Below the pieces are notes generated by a model. That model did not search any database. It had not been told where the DNA came from and saw nothing but the letters and a program-made list of their open reading frames with translations. A stretch of 37,746 nt of DNA from a virus (taxonomy: Duplodnaviria; Caudoviricetes), in IMG/VR virus record IMGVR_UViG_3300048847_000022, positions 1-37,746 of that record; one strand, written 5' to 3'. This document shows positions 17,169 through 26,599 of the stretch, piece by piece. How positions within the stretch are numbered: the first letter of the stretch is position 1; every line of letters begins with the position of its first letter. Made by a program: the position numbers and the translations under genes.

Positions 17169-17827
17169 CCGACGACTCCGCCGTCGAGGTCGACCTCGAC
17201 GAGACCCACACCCACACGCCCACGCCGGTCGTCGCCCCCACGGACACGCCCGCCCCACCGGCGGCCGAGCCGTCCGCCGGCACCTCCCTCCTCGACGAGA
17301 TCGTGGAGGGCGTCGAGGACGCCACCGACGACACGCAGCCGCTCGAGCTGCCCGTCGGCAAGATCCACCGCCGCCTCTACGCCCGGTACCAGGTGCTGCC
17401 GGACGAGGAGGTCGACGAGATCAACCGCCACTTCCGGAACATGGCGGAGAAGCGCAAGAAGGTCCGCGGCCGCAAGCGTTCCGACGAGATCGACTCCGAG
17501 GTCGAGAACGAGCGGTCCGCGATGTTGCTCGCCCGCGCCTGCGACACGCTGCTCTGGCTCGGCGACGACGGCGAGTACCAGCCCCTCGACGAGGTGCTGC
17601 GCGCCGCCGGGGTCGAAGTGCCCGACGGGCCGCTGCGCTACAGCCGCACCGTCGCCCGCCTGTTCAAGGTCGACGTCGGCGAGGACGCCACGGCGAGCGA
17701 GGTCGCGCTCCAGCTGCACCGCTGGGGCAAGGGCTACGCCCCCGTCCGCAGCTACGCGAACGCGCTCAACGGCTGGATGTCGGGCGCCCGCCTCGACGCC
17801 ATCGAGGCGGCCTTCGAGGGGAACTAG
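17165..17827 (+). CDS. Tail assembly chaperone (G)
   Basis: Between tube and tape measure; ends at a slippery G GGG AAC TAG. Confidence 0.75.
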   Translation: MTDDSAVEVDLDETHTHTPTPVVAPTDTPAPPAAEPSAGTSLLDEIVEGVEDATDDTQPLELPVGKIHRRLYARYQVLPDEEVDEINRHFRNMAEKRKKVRGRKRSDEIDSEVENERSAMLLARACDTLLWLGDDGEYQPLDEVLRAAGVEVPDGPLRYSRTVARLFKVDVGEDATASEVALQLHRWGKGYAPVRSYANALNGWMSGARLDAIEAAFEGN

Positions 17828-18039
17828 CCGCGCTGGCCGTCGAGCAGACGGCCCGCCTGATGCTGCGCGGCATCTTCCCCGACGCGCGCCTGACCACCCG
17901 CGACCGGGTGCTGGCCGAGGTCTACGACCGCGGCCTCGATCGCGCACAAGAGCTCCGGCAGCAGGAGCTCGAGTTCCTCGCCCAGGAGTACGTCAACCGC
18001 TACGCGGATGCCGTGAACCGGGGCCAGAAGAAGGGATAG
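17818..18039 (+). CDS. -1 frameshift extension of the tail assembly chaperone (GT)
   Basis: The -1 frame from GGGGAAC (17818-17824) is open (ELAALAVEQTARLMLRGIFP...GQKKG*) and stops 4 nt before the TMP start. Confidence 0.7.
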   Translation, partial: GELAALAVEQTARLMLRGIFPDARLTTRDRVLAEVYDRGLDRAQELRQQELEFLAQEYVNRYADAVNRGQKKG

Positions 18040-18043
18040 CCAC

Positions 18044-20173
18044 ATGGCCCGCACCGAACGCGCCCAGATCGTCATCGAGATCCGCGGTGGCGTGAAGGCC
18101 GCCCGCGAGGGCCGGGCCGTCGCGAGCTCGCAGCGCGAGCTCGGCGAGCAGATCGACGAGACCGGTGACCAGGCGGAGCAGACCGCCATCGCGCTCGGAC
18201 TCCTGTACCGCCAGCTGCAGCGGGTGAAGCGGCAGACCGGCAGCACCGCGGTCGGGGTGCTCGGCGTCGTCAGCGCCATGACGATGCTCAAGGTCGTCGC
18301 CCTTGGCGTCGCGCTGACGGCCCTGCCGTCCACGGTGGCCGCCCTCGGCGCGACCGCCATCGCCGCCGTCGCACTCGGCTCCGCCCTCATCGGCGTCGCC
18401 GCAGGCGCCGGCCTCATGGCGGCCGGCGTCGTCCAGCGGTTCAAGGCGATGGAGAACCAGGCCGGGTCGGCAGCCGCCCGCCTGAAAGAGCAGGCGTCTC
18501 TCATCAAGGAGGCGTTCGGGGAGGCGACCGCCCGCGGCGCCGACTCGATCCTCGGCGGCCTCGCGAGCGGCCTGCAGGCGATCCGCCCGCTCGTCTCCGA
18601 GTTCACGTCCGAGTTCACTGCGATCGGCCGCGCGACCGGCGGCCAAATCCGCGCCTTCTTCGCCGAGATCAACAAGCTCGGTCCGCAGATCGGGTCCCTG
18701 CTTCGGTCGCTCCCGCCGGTCGTCAACGCGCTCGGCGGGATGGCACGGCAGGCGCTCGGGCTGTTCCTGCAACTCGCGAACGCCGGCATGCCGTTCCTCG
18801 TGAAGGGCATCGACGCCCTCTCGGCGGGCATGCAGCAGCTCTCCGAGTGGCTCACGCCCGCCCGCGTGGCCGGCGCGTTTCAACTTCTCGGCCGCATCGT
18901 CCAGACCGTCGGCCGCTTCATTGGCGGCATCGCGTCGCAGCTGCGCGACGTCATCGGGCCGGCTGCTTCGGCGTTCGGCCGGTTCATGGCGCAGGCCGCC
19001 GGCCCGCTCGGGGTCATCGCCGGTGCCGTGGTCGGCGCGCTCATGCGTCTCGCGACGGCAGCGCTGCCCGGCATCACCGCCGCGATCCAGATGCTCGCCC
19101 CCGTCTTCGCGTCGATCGCGAAGTCGCCGTTCATCAGCGTCATCGGCAAGGCGCTCGGCGACGGCCTCAAGGCCGCCATTGGCTACGTCGGCCAGCTCAT
19201 CGCGGCGCTTCTGCCGATGAAGCCGATCGTCGTCAACGTCATCTGGCCGCTCGTCAAGGGCATCGCGCAGGGCCTCGCGGGCGCGCTCCGCGGCGTGCTG
19301 CCGATCATCCGTGGCGTCGCGACGTTCCTCGGCTGGGTCGGCCAGAAGGCCCGGCCGCTGTCGCCGGTGTTTCAGACCATCGGCCGGATCATCGGCACGC
19401 TGTTCGCCGGCGCCATCCTCAAGGTGATCGGCCTGGCCGCCCGGGTTGGCGGGTTCGTCGTGCGGGTGCTCGGCGCCATCGGCCGCCTCGGCGGTCCGAT
19501 CCGCGCCGTGGCGAACCTCTTCTCCGGCACGTTCAACGTCGTGAAGAACGCGGTCTCGTCGGCCGCCAGCTGGGTCGCGAGCAAGGTGTCCGCGATCATC
19601 GGCACCGCAAGCCGCCTCGCGTCCGGGTTCGTCGAGCGCCTCAGTGGGCTTCCGGGCAAGGTCGCCGGGATCTTCCGCGGCCTCGGGTCGACGATCGTCG
19701 ACACGATCAAGGGTGGCGTGAGCGCAGTGTTCAACGCCGCGAAGGGGCTGGGGAAGGCGGTCTGGGACGGCATCAAGAGCGGCGTGAAGTCGGTCGCCGG
19801 AGCCGGACTCAAGATCGTCTCGAAGGTCCCGGGCATGGGCTGGCTCGGCCAGGCCAGCGGCGGCGTCATGACCCGCCCCGGCCTCTCCTGGGTCGGTGAA
19901 CGCGGGCCCGAGCTCGTGGCCCTCCCGCGCGGAGCGACGACCTTCCCGGCGTCGACCTCTGCGCAGTTCGGCTCCGCCCGCAGCCTGCGGTCCAGCGACC
20001 ACGCCCCGCTCCGCGCGCGGGCGCCCATCGCTCCCACCGTCTCCCCGCTCATCGGCGACGCGGACCTGAGCCCCATGGTCAACCTGCACCTCAGCCCCGT
20101 CATCGAGATCCCCGAGTCGGTGATCGGCAAGGCCGCCGACCGGAACCGCACCCGCGTGCAGGTGCGCAGCTGA
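18044..20173 (+). CDS. Tape measure protein (709 aa)
   Basis: Ala/Gly-rich amphipathic repeats; C-terminal ASGGVMTRPGLSWVGERGPELV motif. Confidence 0.9.
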   Translation: MARTERAQIVIEIRGGVKAAREGRAVASSQRELGEQIDETGDQAEQTAIALGLLYRQLQRVKRQTGSTAVGVLGVVSAMTMLKVVALGVALTALPSTVAALGATAIAAVALGSALIGVAAGAGLMAAGVVQRFKAMENQAGSAAARLKEQASLIKEAFGEATARGADSILGGLASGLQAIRPLVSEFTSEFTAIGRATGGQIRAFFAEINKLGPQIGSLLRSLPPVVNALGGMARQALGLFLQLANAGMPFLVKGIDALSAGMQQLSEWLTPARVAGAFQLLGRIVQTVGRFIGGIASQLRDVIGPAASAFGRFMAQAAGPLGVIAGAVVGALMRLATAALPGITAAIQMLAPVFASIAKSPFISVIGKALGDGLKAAIGYVGQLIAALLPMKPIVVNVIWPLVKGIAQGLAGALRGVLPIIRGVATFLGWVGQKARPLSPVFQTIGRIIGTLFAGAILKVIGLAARVGGFVVRVLGAIGRLGGPIRAVANLFSGTFNVVKNAVSSAASWVASKVSAIIGTASRLASGFVERLSGLPGKVAGIFRGLGSTIVDTIKGGVSAVFNAAKGLGKAVWDGIKSGVKSVAGAGLKIVSKVPGMGWLGQASGGVMTRPGLSWVGERGPELVALPRGATTFPASTSAQFGSARSLRSSDHAPLRARAPIAPTVSPLIGDADLSPMVNLHLSPVIEIPESVIGKAADRNRTRVQVRS

Positions 20174-20880
20174 TGCCGTACCGCGACGAGATCTCGGTCG
20201 GCCCGACTACGTCCTACCCCACGCTGCCCGGGGGACCCCCGAAGCCAATCCCCGGCAGGGTCATCCTCTGGGCGCCGGACGCAGGCGAGCAGGTCGTCGC
20301 GCTGCACTCCGAGCTCCCGCAGGTCTCGAGCGAGCGCGCGGGCGGGTGGCGCACGATCGACCGCCCGCAGCTGCGTCCGCTCGTCGCATGGGACGGCCAC
20401 CAGCCGCTCAAGGTGGACCTCAAGCTCCTGCTCGACGGTCACGCCATCAACCGGTCTGTCGCACCGGAGCAGGATGCCCTGCGCCGGATCGCCTACGACG
20501 TGCCGGCCGGCGGCCCGCGCCGGCCGCCGTGGCTGCGCGTCATCGGCCGCATGCCGTACGCCGACTCCTCGATCAAGTGGGTCATCGACGCCCTGGGCTT
20601 CGAGGACCAGATCTACCACCGCGGCGACGTCACCCGCACCGTCGCGTCGGTGACGCTGCTCGAGTTCGTCTCGCCCGAGATCCGGCAGCGGATCGACAAG
20701 CGCAAGAAGTCCGCGCGGGCGACCTCCCACAAGTGGCGGCAGGGCGACACCCTGCACAAGCTCGCGCGCAAGCTCCTCGGCGACCAGCGCCGCTGGCGCG
20801 AGATCGACAAGGCCAACCCGAAGATCAAGAACTGGTCGAAGGTCAAGGTCGGTACCACCATCACGATCCCGGCGAAGTAG
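20173..20880 (+). CDS. Tail tube initiator / LysM baseplate protein
   Basis: N-terminal tube-like region (GGWRTIDRP, WVIDALGF); C-terminal LysM QGDTLHKLARKLLGDQRRWREIDKAN...VGTTITIP. Confidence 0.85.
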   Translation: MPYRDEISVGPTTSYPTLPGGPPKPIPGRVILWAPDAGEQVVALHSELPQVSSERAGGWRTIDRPQLRPLVAWDGHQPLKVDLKLLLDGHAINRSVAPEQDALRRIAYDVPAGGPRRPPWLRVIGRMPYADSSIKWVIDALGFEDQIYHRGDVTRTVASVTLLEFVSPEIRQRIDKRKKSARATSHKWRQGDTLHKLARKLLGDQRRWREIDKANPKIKNWSKVKVGTTITIPAK

Positions 20881-20883
20881 CCC

Positions 20884-22917
20884 GTGGCGACGAAGCAGAC
20901 CAGCGCACGAGCCCGCCGATCCACCCGGACGTCCGCACGCACGCAGACCCCGCGCCTGCTGCCCCCCGTCCCGAAGCTGGAGCTCGAGAACGTCGCCAAC
21001 GCGACGCTCAACGGGGCGGCCGTCGACCTTCGCCTGGTCGACGCCGTCGAAGGGCTGGCGACCACCCACACGGTGGACGGACCGAACCTGCTCACCATGC
21101 TGATCGAGGACGGCGAGCGCGACGTCCTCAACTCCGAGGCGATCGAGAGCCAGATCGTGCTCGACCTCGGCCTCGGCCGGCGCTGGGTGTTCGACCCCAA
21201 GGGCGACATCGGCGGCTACTCCTACTCGGGCACGCAGCTCTCCCTCAAGTTCTGGGACGCGACGTCCGGTGGTCTACGCGCCCGCGCCGGCTACCTCTCC
21301 CGGTCGTCCAAGAACCTCGACCTCGCCGGCTGGGCGAACGTGCTCGTGCGGGACGCCCTTAAGGGCAACCTCATCGACAGCTTGCGCGTCGTCATCCCCG
21401 ATCCAGGCGAGGTCCCGCAGATCATCACCACCACTGCGACGACGGCGAAGAGCGCGAAGAAAGCGACCGGCCTCGGCGGCTCCTCCACGTCGCTGGCGAA
21501 GATCACCGTCAAGCACGTCCGCGCCTCGGCGGAGCAGCGGAAGAACATCGACACGATCCTCCGGGTCGCGGTCGACGAGAAGGCCCCGTGGATCGCGGCG
21601 GTCGCGGCGATCGTCGCCGGCACGCAGGAGTCCTCGCTCATCAACACGCGCACCCCGTCCCAGGACGGGTACGGCTCCCTTGGTGTCTGGCAGATCACGG
21701 CGGCGAATGCTCGCCGCGGGATGCCCCAGCTCGACGTGGCCTGGGGCGCACGGCACTTCCTCAGGACGGGGTTCACCGGGGCCGGCGGCGCCATCGAGCT
21801 CGCGCGCAAGGGCATCGCGCCCGGCCGCATCGCTCCGATGGTCGAGGGCCCCGCGCAGCAGTATTGGCCGGAGTACCTGCGGTGGGAGTCCGAGGCCGAG
21901 CGCACCGTCAAGCTCTGGTCGGGCCTCACCCGCGAGGAGTGGAACCGCACCGTCGCTCGCGGCAAGGCCGCGAAGGGCGGCACCTCCACCCGAACCGAGC
22001 AGCGCGAGATCTCCCGTCCGTCGGTCTGGACCCGCGGGACCGCCAAGAAGCTCGAGTCGTCGTGGACCGCTCTCGGCCGCCACGCGGAGAAGCTCGGCCG
22101 CCGACGGTTCGTGGATGTTCTGACCCCCCGCCCGCGCCTCGTGCTCGCCGCGGACCAGCAGCTCATCCTCGCGCAGCCACACGCCACCTACGTCTACGAC
22201 GACGACGCGTTCCTCGAGCCGCCGAACATCGACATCGAGGGCGCAGGGCACCTGCAGGAGATCACGCTCCGCGCCCTCGCCTCGGGCTGGTCCGCTCCGC
22301 CGGGTGGCGTCGTCGATCTGCAGCGGGCAGGACCCGCAAGCGGACCGTGGCTCGTGAAGGAGATCGGCCAGGACGCCGCCACCTCGGACGAGATCGCGGT
22401 CACGCTGATGCAGCCGTCGACCACCGTGCCCGACCCGGAGACCACGGAAGCGAAGTCCAAGCGGAAGCGCTCGAGCACGTCGCGGCGCAGCAGCAGCGGA
22501 AGCAGCGCCAGCGTGGTCGACCGGGTCTATTCGGCCGGCCACAAGATGAGCAGCAGCGGCGTCCGCTACGGCCCCTCCGGACACACCGGGTCGTGGGCGA
22601 CAGCGGAACGAGCAGGGTCGCAGGACTGCTCGTCGTCCACCTCGATTGTCCTTCACGAGGCCGACCTCATGGGCGGCGTCTCGGGGCCCCAGGTGTCGGA
22701 CTGGTTCCTCAAGTGGGGCCTCCCCGGCAGGGGGAAGGAGATGACCGTCTGGGTCAAGCCGGGGTCCGGCGACAACGGCCACGTCTTCGTCGAGTTCTAC
22801 GGGCGGACCGCGAAGCACTTCAACACCTCGCAGGGCTACCGCGGGCAAGGCCCGCGGATGCGCACTAGCGCGCCGTTCACCAGCGGCTTCATCCCCCGCC
22901 ACGCGGCCAACACATGA
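20884..22917 (+). CDS. Baseplate hub protein with a lysozyme/transglycosylase-like insert and a C-terminal NlpC/P60-like peptidase
   Basis: Hub-like N and mid regions; GTQESSLIN...GSLGVWQ lysozyme-like motif; QDCSSSTSIVL...GHVFVEF Cys/His dyad. Confidence 0.75.
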   Translation: MATKQTSARARRSTRTSARTQTPRLLPPVPKLELENVANATLNGAAVDLRLVDAVEGLATTHTVDGPNLLTMLIEDGERDVLNSEAIESQIVLDLGLGRRWVFDPKGDIGGYSYSGTQLSLKFWDATSGGLRARAGYLSRSSKNLDLAGWANVLVRDALKGNLIDSLRVVIPDPGEVPQIITTTATTAKSAKKATGLGGSSTSLAKITVKHVRASAEQRKNIDTILRVAVDEKAPWIAAVAAIVAGTQESSLINTRTPSQDGYGSLGVWQITAANARRGMPQLDVAWGARHFLRTGFTGAGGAIELARKGIAPGRIAPMVEGPAQQYWPEYLRWESEAERTVKLWSGLTREEWNRTVARGKAAKGGTSTRTEQREISRPSVWTRGTAKKLESSWTALGRHAEKLGRRRFVDVLTPRPRLVLAADQQLILAQPHATYVYDDDAFLEPPNIDIEGAGHLQEITLRALASGWSAPPGGVVDLQRAGPASGPWLVKEIGQDAATSDEIAVTLMQPSTTVPDPETTEAKSKRKRSSTSRRSSSGSSASVVDRVYSAGHKMSSSGVRYGPSGHTGSWATAERAGSQDCSSSTSIVLHEADLMGGVSGPQVSDWFLKWGLPGRGKEMTVWVKPGSGDNGHVFVEFYGRTAKHFNTSQGYRGQGPRMRTSAPFTSGFIPRHAANT

Positions 22918-23165
22918 GCGCTGACACCGAACTCCTGCGCGACCTGCCCGACACCGTCATCCGCGGCGAGGTCGCCACGTCGGCCGCGACCGACGTCGAC
23001 CGCGTCCGCGTGCTCCTCCCGATCGACGGATGGGAGACGCAGCACGGCCCCTTCCGATGGCCGCGCTACGGCGACGGACTGCGCCCCACCCGCGGCGACC
23101 CCTGCGTCGTCGTGCAGGACCACACCGGGCGGCTCTCGCTCGTCGCCTGGGACCCGAAGGATTGA
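22914..23165 (+). CDS. Baseplate spike gpV-like OB-fold protein (83 aa)
   Basis: GEV...RVRVLLP...W...PTRGDPCVVV resembles the gpV/gp5 OB domain. Confidence 0.65.
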   Translation: MSADTELLRDLPDTVIRGEVATSAATDVDRVRVLLPIDGWETQHGPFRWPRYGDGLRPTRGDPCVVVQDHTGRLSLVAWDPKD

Positions 23166-23167
23166 CC

Positions 23168-23503
23168 ATGCCCGAAGAGACGCCCCTTCACCTGCGCTGG
23201 CCCCTTGAGCTCGTCTCGGCTCCCGGCGGCGGCGTGACCTTCGCGACCGTCGAGCAGGACAGCCGTGAGGAGATGCGCCGCTCGGCGGGCCTCCTCTGCG
23301 AGATCCGCTACGGCCAGCTCCCGTGGGACGAGGAGCTCGGCATCCCCGATCCCCTTGGCACGACGGACCCCGCAGCCGCCGCGGCCGAGATCGCCGCAGC
23401 ACTCGACGACCTCGACCCCCGCACCGACCACGCGGTGGACGTCGTTGACGACCCCGGTTCCGGCGCCCGCCGGATCACGAACCTCCGCGTGGAGCTCACC
23501 TAA
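23168..23503 (+). CDS. Baseplate wedge protein (gp25/gpW-like)
   Basis: HLRWPL, TVEQDS, GQLPWDEELGIPD and LDDLDPR motifs; precedes baseplate J. Confidence 0.75.
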   Translation: MPEETPLHLRWPLELVSAPGGGVTFATVEQDSREEMRRSAGLLCEIRYGQLPWDEELGIPDPLGTTDPAAAAAEIAAALDDLDPRTDHAVDVVDDPGSGARRITNLRVELT

Positions 23504-24684
23504 TGGCCGACGAAACCCTAGACCTCGGACTCGACGACGATCCCGACGGCGCCTTCGCGACGCCCCTGGTCACCGACCCGGCAGAGCTCCTGCAGCAGAT
23601 GGTCGCCACGGTGCAGGAGAACCTGCCCGGCTGGCGCGCGATCGTCACCGCCCCGGAGTACCAGGCGATGGCCGGCGCGGCGGAGGTCGACGCGGACACG
23701 AACGTTGCGCTGGACTCGCGTCTGCAGGCGCTCGTGCTCGAGGTGCTCGGCATGCTGTTCAAGGTCCCGCGGCTGAACGGCTCCCCCGCCTACAGCTCGA
23801 TCACGGTCGAAGCGGTCGACGCGGCGGGGCACACGCTCCCCGCCGGGTCCTCGGTGTACGTCGGCGAGACCGAGCTCGTGACGAGCGAGGACCTCGTCAT
23901 CTCAGCCGAGCAGACGTCGGGAACCGTCGAGGTTCGAGCCGTCGACCCAGGCGCCGACGTGAACGGCGCGACGGCCGAGGTGAGCATGGACCCGCTCGAC
24001 TGGTTCGCGGCCGGATCGCCCACCCTCGACGCGCCGCTCGCGAACGGCACCGACCCCGAGGATGACGTCGCCTACAGCCGCCGCATGCAGGAGGAGCTCC
24101 AGGTGCTTTCCATGCGCCCCATCACGCCGCCCGACCTCGTCGTCTTCGCGACCCGTCACCCGCAGATCGCGGGTGCCTGGGCGATCAAGGGCTACGACGC
24201 CGACACGGGACAGACGAACAAGGGCCGCACGGCGACCATCGTCGCCTACACCGACGTCGGCGCGGGCCCGCCGCAGGACACCCTCGACGCCGTCCGCGAC
24301 GACCTCGTTGGTCGCTCGGTCGCCAACGCCATCGTCCGAGTCCGGGCACCCACGCCGGTGCCGATCAACGTCACCTGCGCCGTGGTCCCGTACTCCGGCT
24401 GGGACGCCGGGATCGTTCACGGCCAGGTCGTCGCCGCGATCGAGGCGGCGCTCTCCCCGCTCCAGTGGGCGCAGGCGCCCTACCAGCTGGACCCCGGCTA
24501 CGTGCCCTCGCGCATCGTCCACGTGAACGACCTCATCGCAGCGGTGGACCAGGCCGGCGGCGTCAACCGCGTCACGTCGATGCAGATCGGGAACAGCAGC
24601 CAGCCACAGATCACCCTGACGGGACCGACGGAGCTGCCGGCGCCCGGCACCACGACCGTGAACGTGGGAAGCCCGGATGCCTGA
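23503..24684 (+). CDS. Baseplate J/gp47 protein
   Basis: TLPAGS, VRAVDPGADVNG, NGTDPEDDVAYSRR, RPITPPDL and AGGVNRV motifs. Confidence 0.9.
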   Translation: MADETLDLGLDDDPDGAFATPLVTDPAELLQQMVATVQENLPGWRAIVTAPEYQAMAGAAEVDADTNVALDSRLQALVLEVLGMLFKVPRLNGSPAYSSITVEAVDAAGHTLPAGSSVYVGETELVTSEDLVISAEQTSGTVEVRAVDPGADVNGATAEVSMDPLDWFAAGSPTLDAPLANGTDPEDDVAYSRRMQEELQVLSMRPITPPDLVVFATRHPQIAGAWAIKGYDADTGQTNKGRTATIVAYTDVGAGPPQDTLDAVRDDLVGRSVANAIVRVRAPTPVPINVTCAVVPYSGWDAGIVHGQVVAAIEAALSPLQWAQAPYQLDPGYVPSRIVHVNDLIAAVDQAGGVNRVTSMQIGNSSQPQITLTGPTELPAPGTTTVNVGSPDA

Positions 24685-25309
24685 GCCACGCCCGCTCACC
24701 CTGCCGGCGACGACCGGCGTCATCTTCGGCCACCTGCGGCCTCTCGCCCGGCGGGACCCGGCGAACGGATGGCTTCTCCTGCGCCTGCTCTCCGGGTTCG
24801 GGCGTGGTGACGAGGATGCCTACCGGCTCCTGCAGGACCCCGGCGCCCCCGCGTATCTTGACCCGGCCGTCGCCCCGCCGGCGTGGCTGCCGTGGCTCGC
24901 CGCGCTCGTCGGCGCCCGGATCTCGGACGGCATGCCCGTTGTTCAGCAACGCGCCGAGGTCGAGAACCCGGCCGGCTGGACCCGAGGGTCGCCCGACGCC
25001 ATCGCAGCGGCAGCACGCCCGTTCATGCGGGAGCCGTTCCGGATTGTGATCCGGCAGCGGTACGACCCGAACCTCGGCGCAGGCACAGACGCGCCCGACG
25101 ACCTGCAGGTGCGGCTCCGCGCCAGCGACGTGGTCGACGAGCAGCGCGCGATCCGTGCCGTCCTCGCAGCCGTCCCGTGGGACATCCGAGCCCACGTCCT
25201 CGTGACAAACGAGACGGACTGGGACTCCGTCGTCGCCCAGAACAGCACCTGGGATAGCACCGTCACTACCCACGGCTCGTGGGACGACCTCGTCTCCGAC
25301 GAAGACTGA
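24677..25309 (+). CDS. Baseplate wedge gpI-like protein
   Basis: LDPAVAPPAWLPWLAALVG and WTRGSPDAIAAAA motifs; C-terminal 10-aa WD repeats. Confidence 0.85.
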   Translation: MPEPRPLTLPATTGVIFGHLRPLARRDPANGWLLLRLLSGFGRGDEDAYRLLQDPGAPAYLDPAVAPPAWLPWLAALVGARISDGMPVVQQRAEVENPAGWTRGSPDAIAAAARPFMREPFRIVIRQRYDPNLGAGTDAPDDLQVRLRASDVVDEQRAIRAVLAAVPWDIRAHVLVTNETDWDSVVAQNSTWDSTVTTHGSWDDLVSDED

Positions 25310-25316
25310 AGGCACC

Positions 25317-26051
25317 ATGCCCCGACAGACCACAGCTTCCGGATTCCCCTACTACGCCGGGGGCGACAAGCCCGCCGGCCACGAGCAGCAGCGCGACCTC
25401 GCGGAGACAATCGAGACGGTCGGTGCGAAGTTCGACACTGGTGGGCTCCTGGCGTCCGGCGTGCGGGCCGGGCAGCCGATCCCCGAGCCGGGAAGGCGTG
25501 GCCGCTTCTACCGTGGCACGTCTCAGCGCGGCGCCCTATGGGTCGATGCCGAGACCGAGTGGCATCCGGTCGCCGTCATTCCCATCGGGGGTGTGCTCGA
25601 CTGGCCGTGGCCGACGGCGCCCGCCGGTCCCGCCGAGTGGCTCGAGCTGCTCGGGCAGTCCGTCACCAAGGCCGCGTTCCCCGAGCTCTTCGCGGCCCTG
25701 GGCGTCACGGCCGCGGCCATGACCGTGCCGAACCGCTCGGGGCGCACCCAGATCGGCGCAGGCTCCGGCGCCGGGCTGACCCCTCGCGCCGTCGGGCAGG
25801 TCGGCGGCGCCGAGCGGCACACGCTCACGGCTGGCGAGATCGCACCGCACACGCATCCCCTCAGCGGCGTCGACTCCCGCTTTCCGGTCAACGGCGCGGG
25901 CGCCGTGATGATGCAGCCGACGCAGGGCCGGAACTGGTCCATGCCATGGCAGGGCGGCGATTCGAACCCCGTCAACCAGAACGCGGGTGGCCAGTCCCAC
26001 AACAACGTGCAGCCCTTCAACGTCACCCGCTACTTCGTCAGGACCCGCTGA
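25317..26051 (+). CDS. Tail fibre with tail-collar domain
   Basis: IPIGGVLDW...WLELLGQSVTKAAFPELFAALG...VPNRSGR, GGAERHTLTAGEIAPHTH and HNNVQPF motifs. Confidence 0.88.
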   Translation: MPRQTTASGFPYYAGGDKPAGHEQQRDLAETIETVGAKFDTGGLLASGVRAGQPIPEPGRRGRFYRGTSQRGALWVDAETEWHPVAVIPIGGVLDWPWPTAPAGPAEWLELLGQSVTKAAFPELFAALGVTAAAMTVPNRSGRTQIGAGSGAGLTPRAVGQVGGAERHTLTAGEIAPHTHPLSGVDSRFPVNGAGAVMMQPTQGRNWSMPWQGGDSNPVNQNAGGQSHNNVQPFNVTRYFVRTR

Positions 26052-26053
26052 CC

Positions 26054-26326
26054 ATGGCCCCCACCCCGAACCCCATCCAGGACCGTGGCTGGCTCGACGT
26101 CACCCTTGAGCGTTGCGGCGAGAAGATCAACGGCCTCAAGGGCCTCGGCGTCGACACCGACCAGCCGTTCAAGTGGACCGACGAGCACGGCATCGCGCTC
26201 GAGCTCGCCACATCCGGCGACGGCATGACGCTCAAGGCCACCCCGCCGTCCGGGCAGGACGTCTGGACGTGGCGGCTCCCCGCCGGCTGGGCGCAGCCCG
26301 CCGGCTCCACCTCCGAGGAGGGCTGA
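26054..26326 (+). CDS. Hypothetical protein (possible fibre chaperone)
   Basis: Tightly spaced ATG after the fibre stop; good codon usage. Confidence 0.6.
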   Translation: MAPTPNPIQDRGWLDVTLERCGEKINGLKGLGVDTDQPFKWTDEHGIALELATSGDGMTLKATPPSGQDVWTWRLPAGWAQPAGSTSEEG

Positions 26327-26328
26327 CC

Positions 26329-26511
26329 ATGCCCCGCCGATCGCGACAGCGGAAGCACGGCGGGGGTCGCTTCGCCAGCGAACGCCAGCGCAGGTTCCTC
26401 TGGGCTACACGCCCCGCAGCCGCCCGGAAGTGGGCGCACAACCGTCACACGCGCAAGACCGACTGGGTGCCGCGGCGCGGCACCAGGGTCTACAAGCGCC
26501 GCCGGAAGTAA
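26329..26511 (+). CDS. Small highly basic protein (60 aa)
   Basis: GAGGAGG SD; 23 Arg/Lys versus 2 acidic residues; core FASERQRRFLWATRPAAARKWAH. Confidence 0.7.
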   Translation: MPRRSRQRKHGGGRFASERQRRFLWATRPAAARKWAHNRHTRKTDWVPRRGTRVYKRRRK

Positions 26512-26599
26512 CCGGCCCCCCTCACCCATGCACCTCTACCGCCCGAACCCGGGAGGACGACCCATGCCCAGCTACACCGACCTGAACGGCGAGTCGTGA

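Noticed and set aside
25218-25292. TGGGA(C/T) repeats spaced 30 nt apart, superficially array-like
   Set aside because: They encode the W-D 10-aa repeats at the C-terminus of the gpI-like protein; not a CRISPR array or DGR repeat.
15326-26051. Stand-alone contractile injection system (eCIS/tailocin)
   Set aside because: A complete head, packaging, replication and integration set is present, so this is a phage tail.
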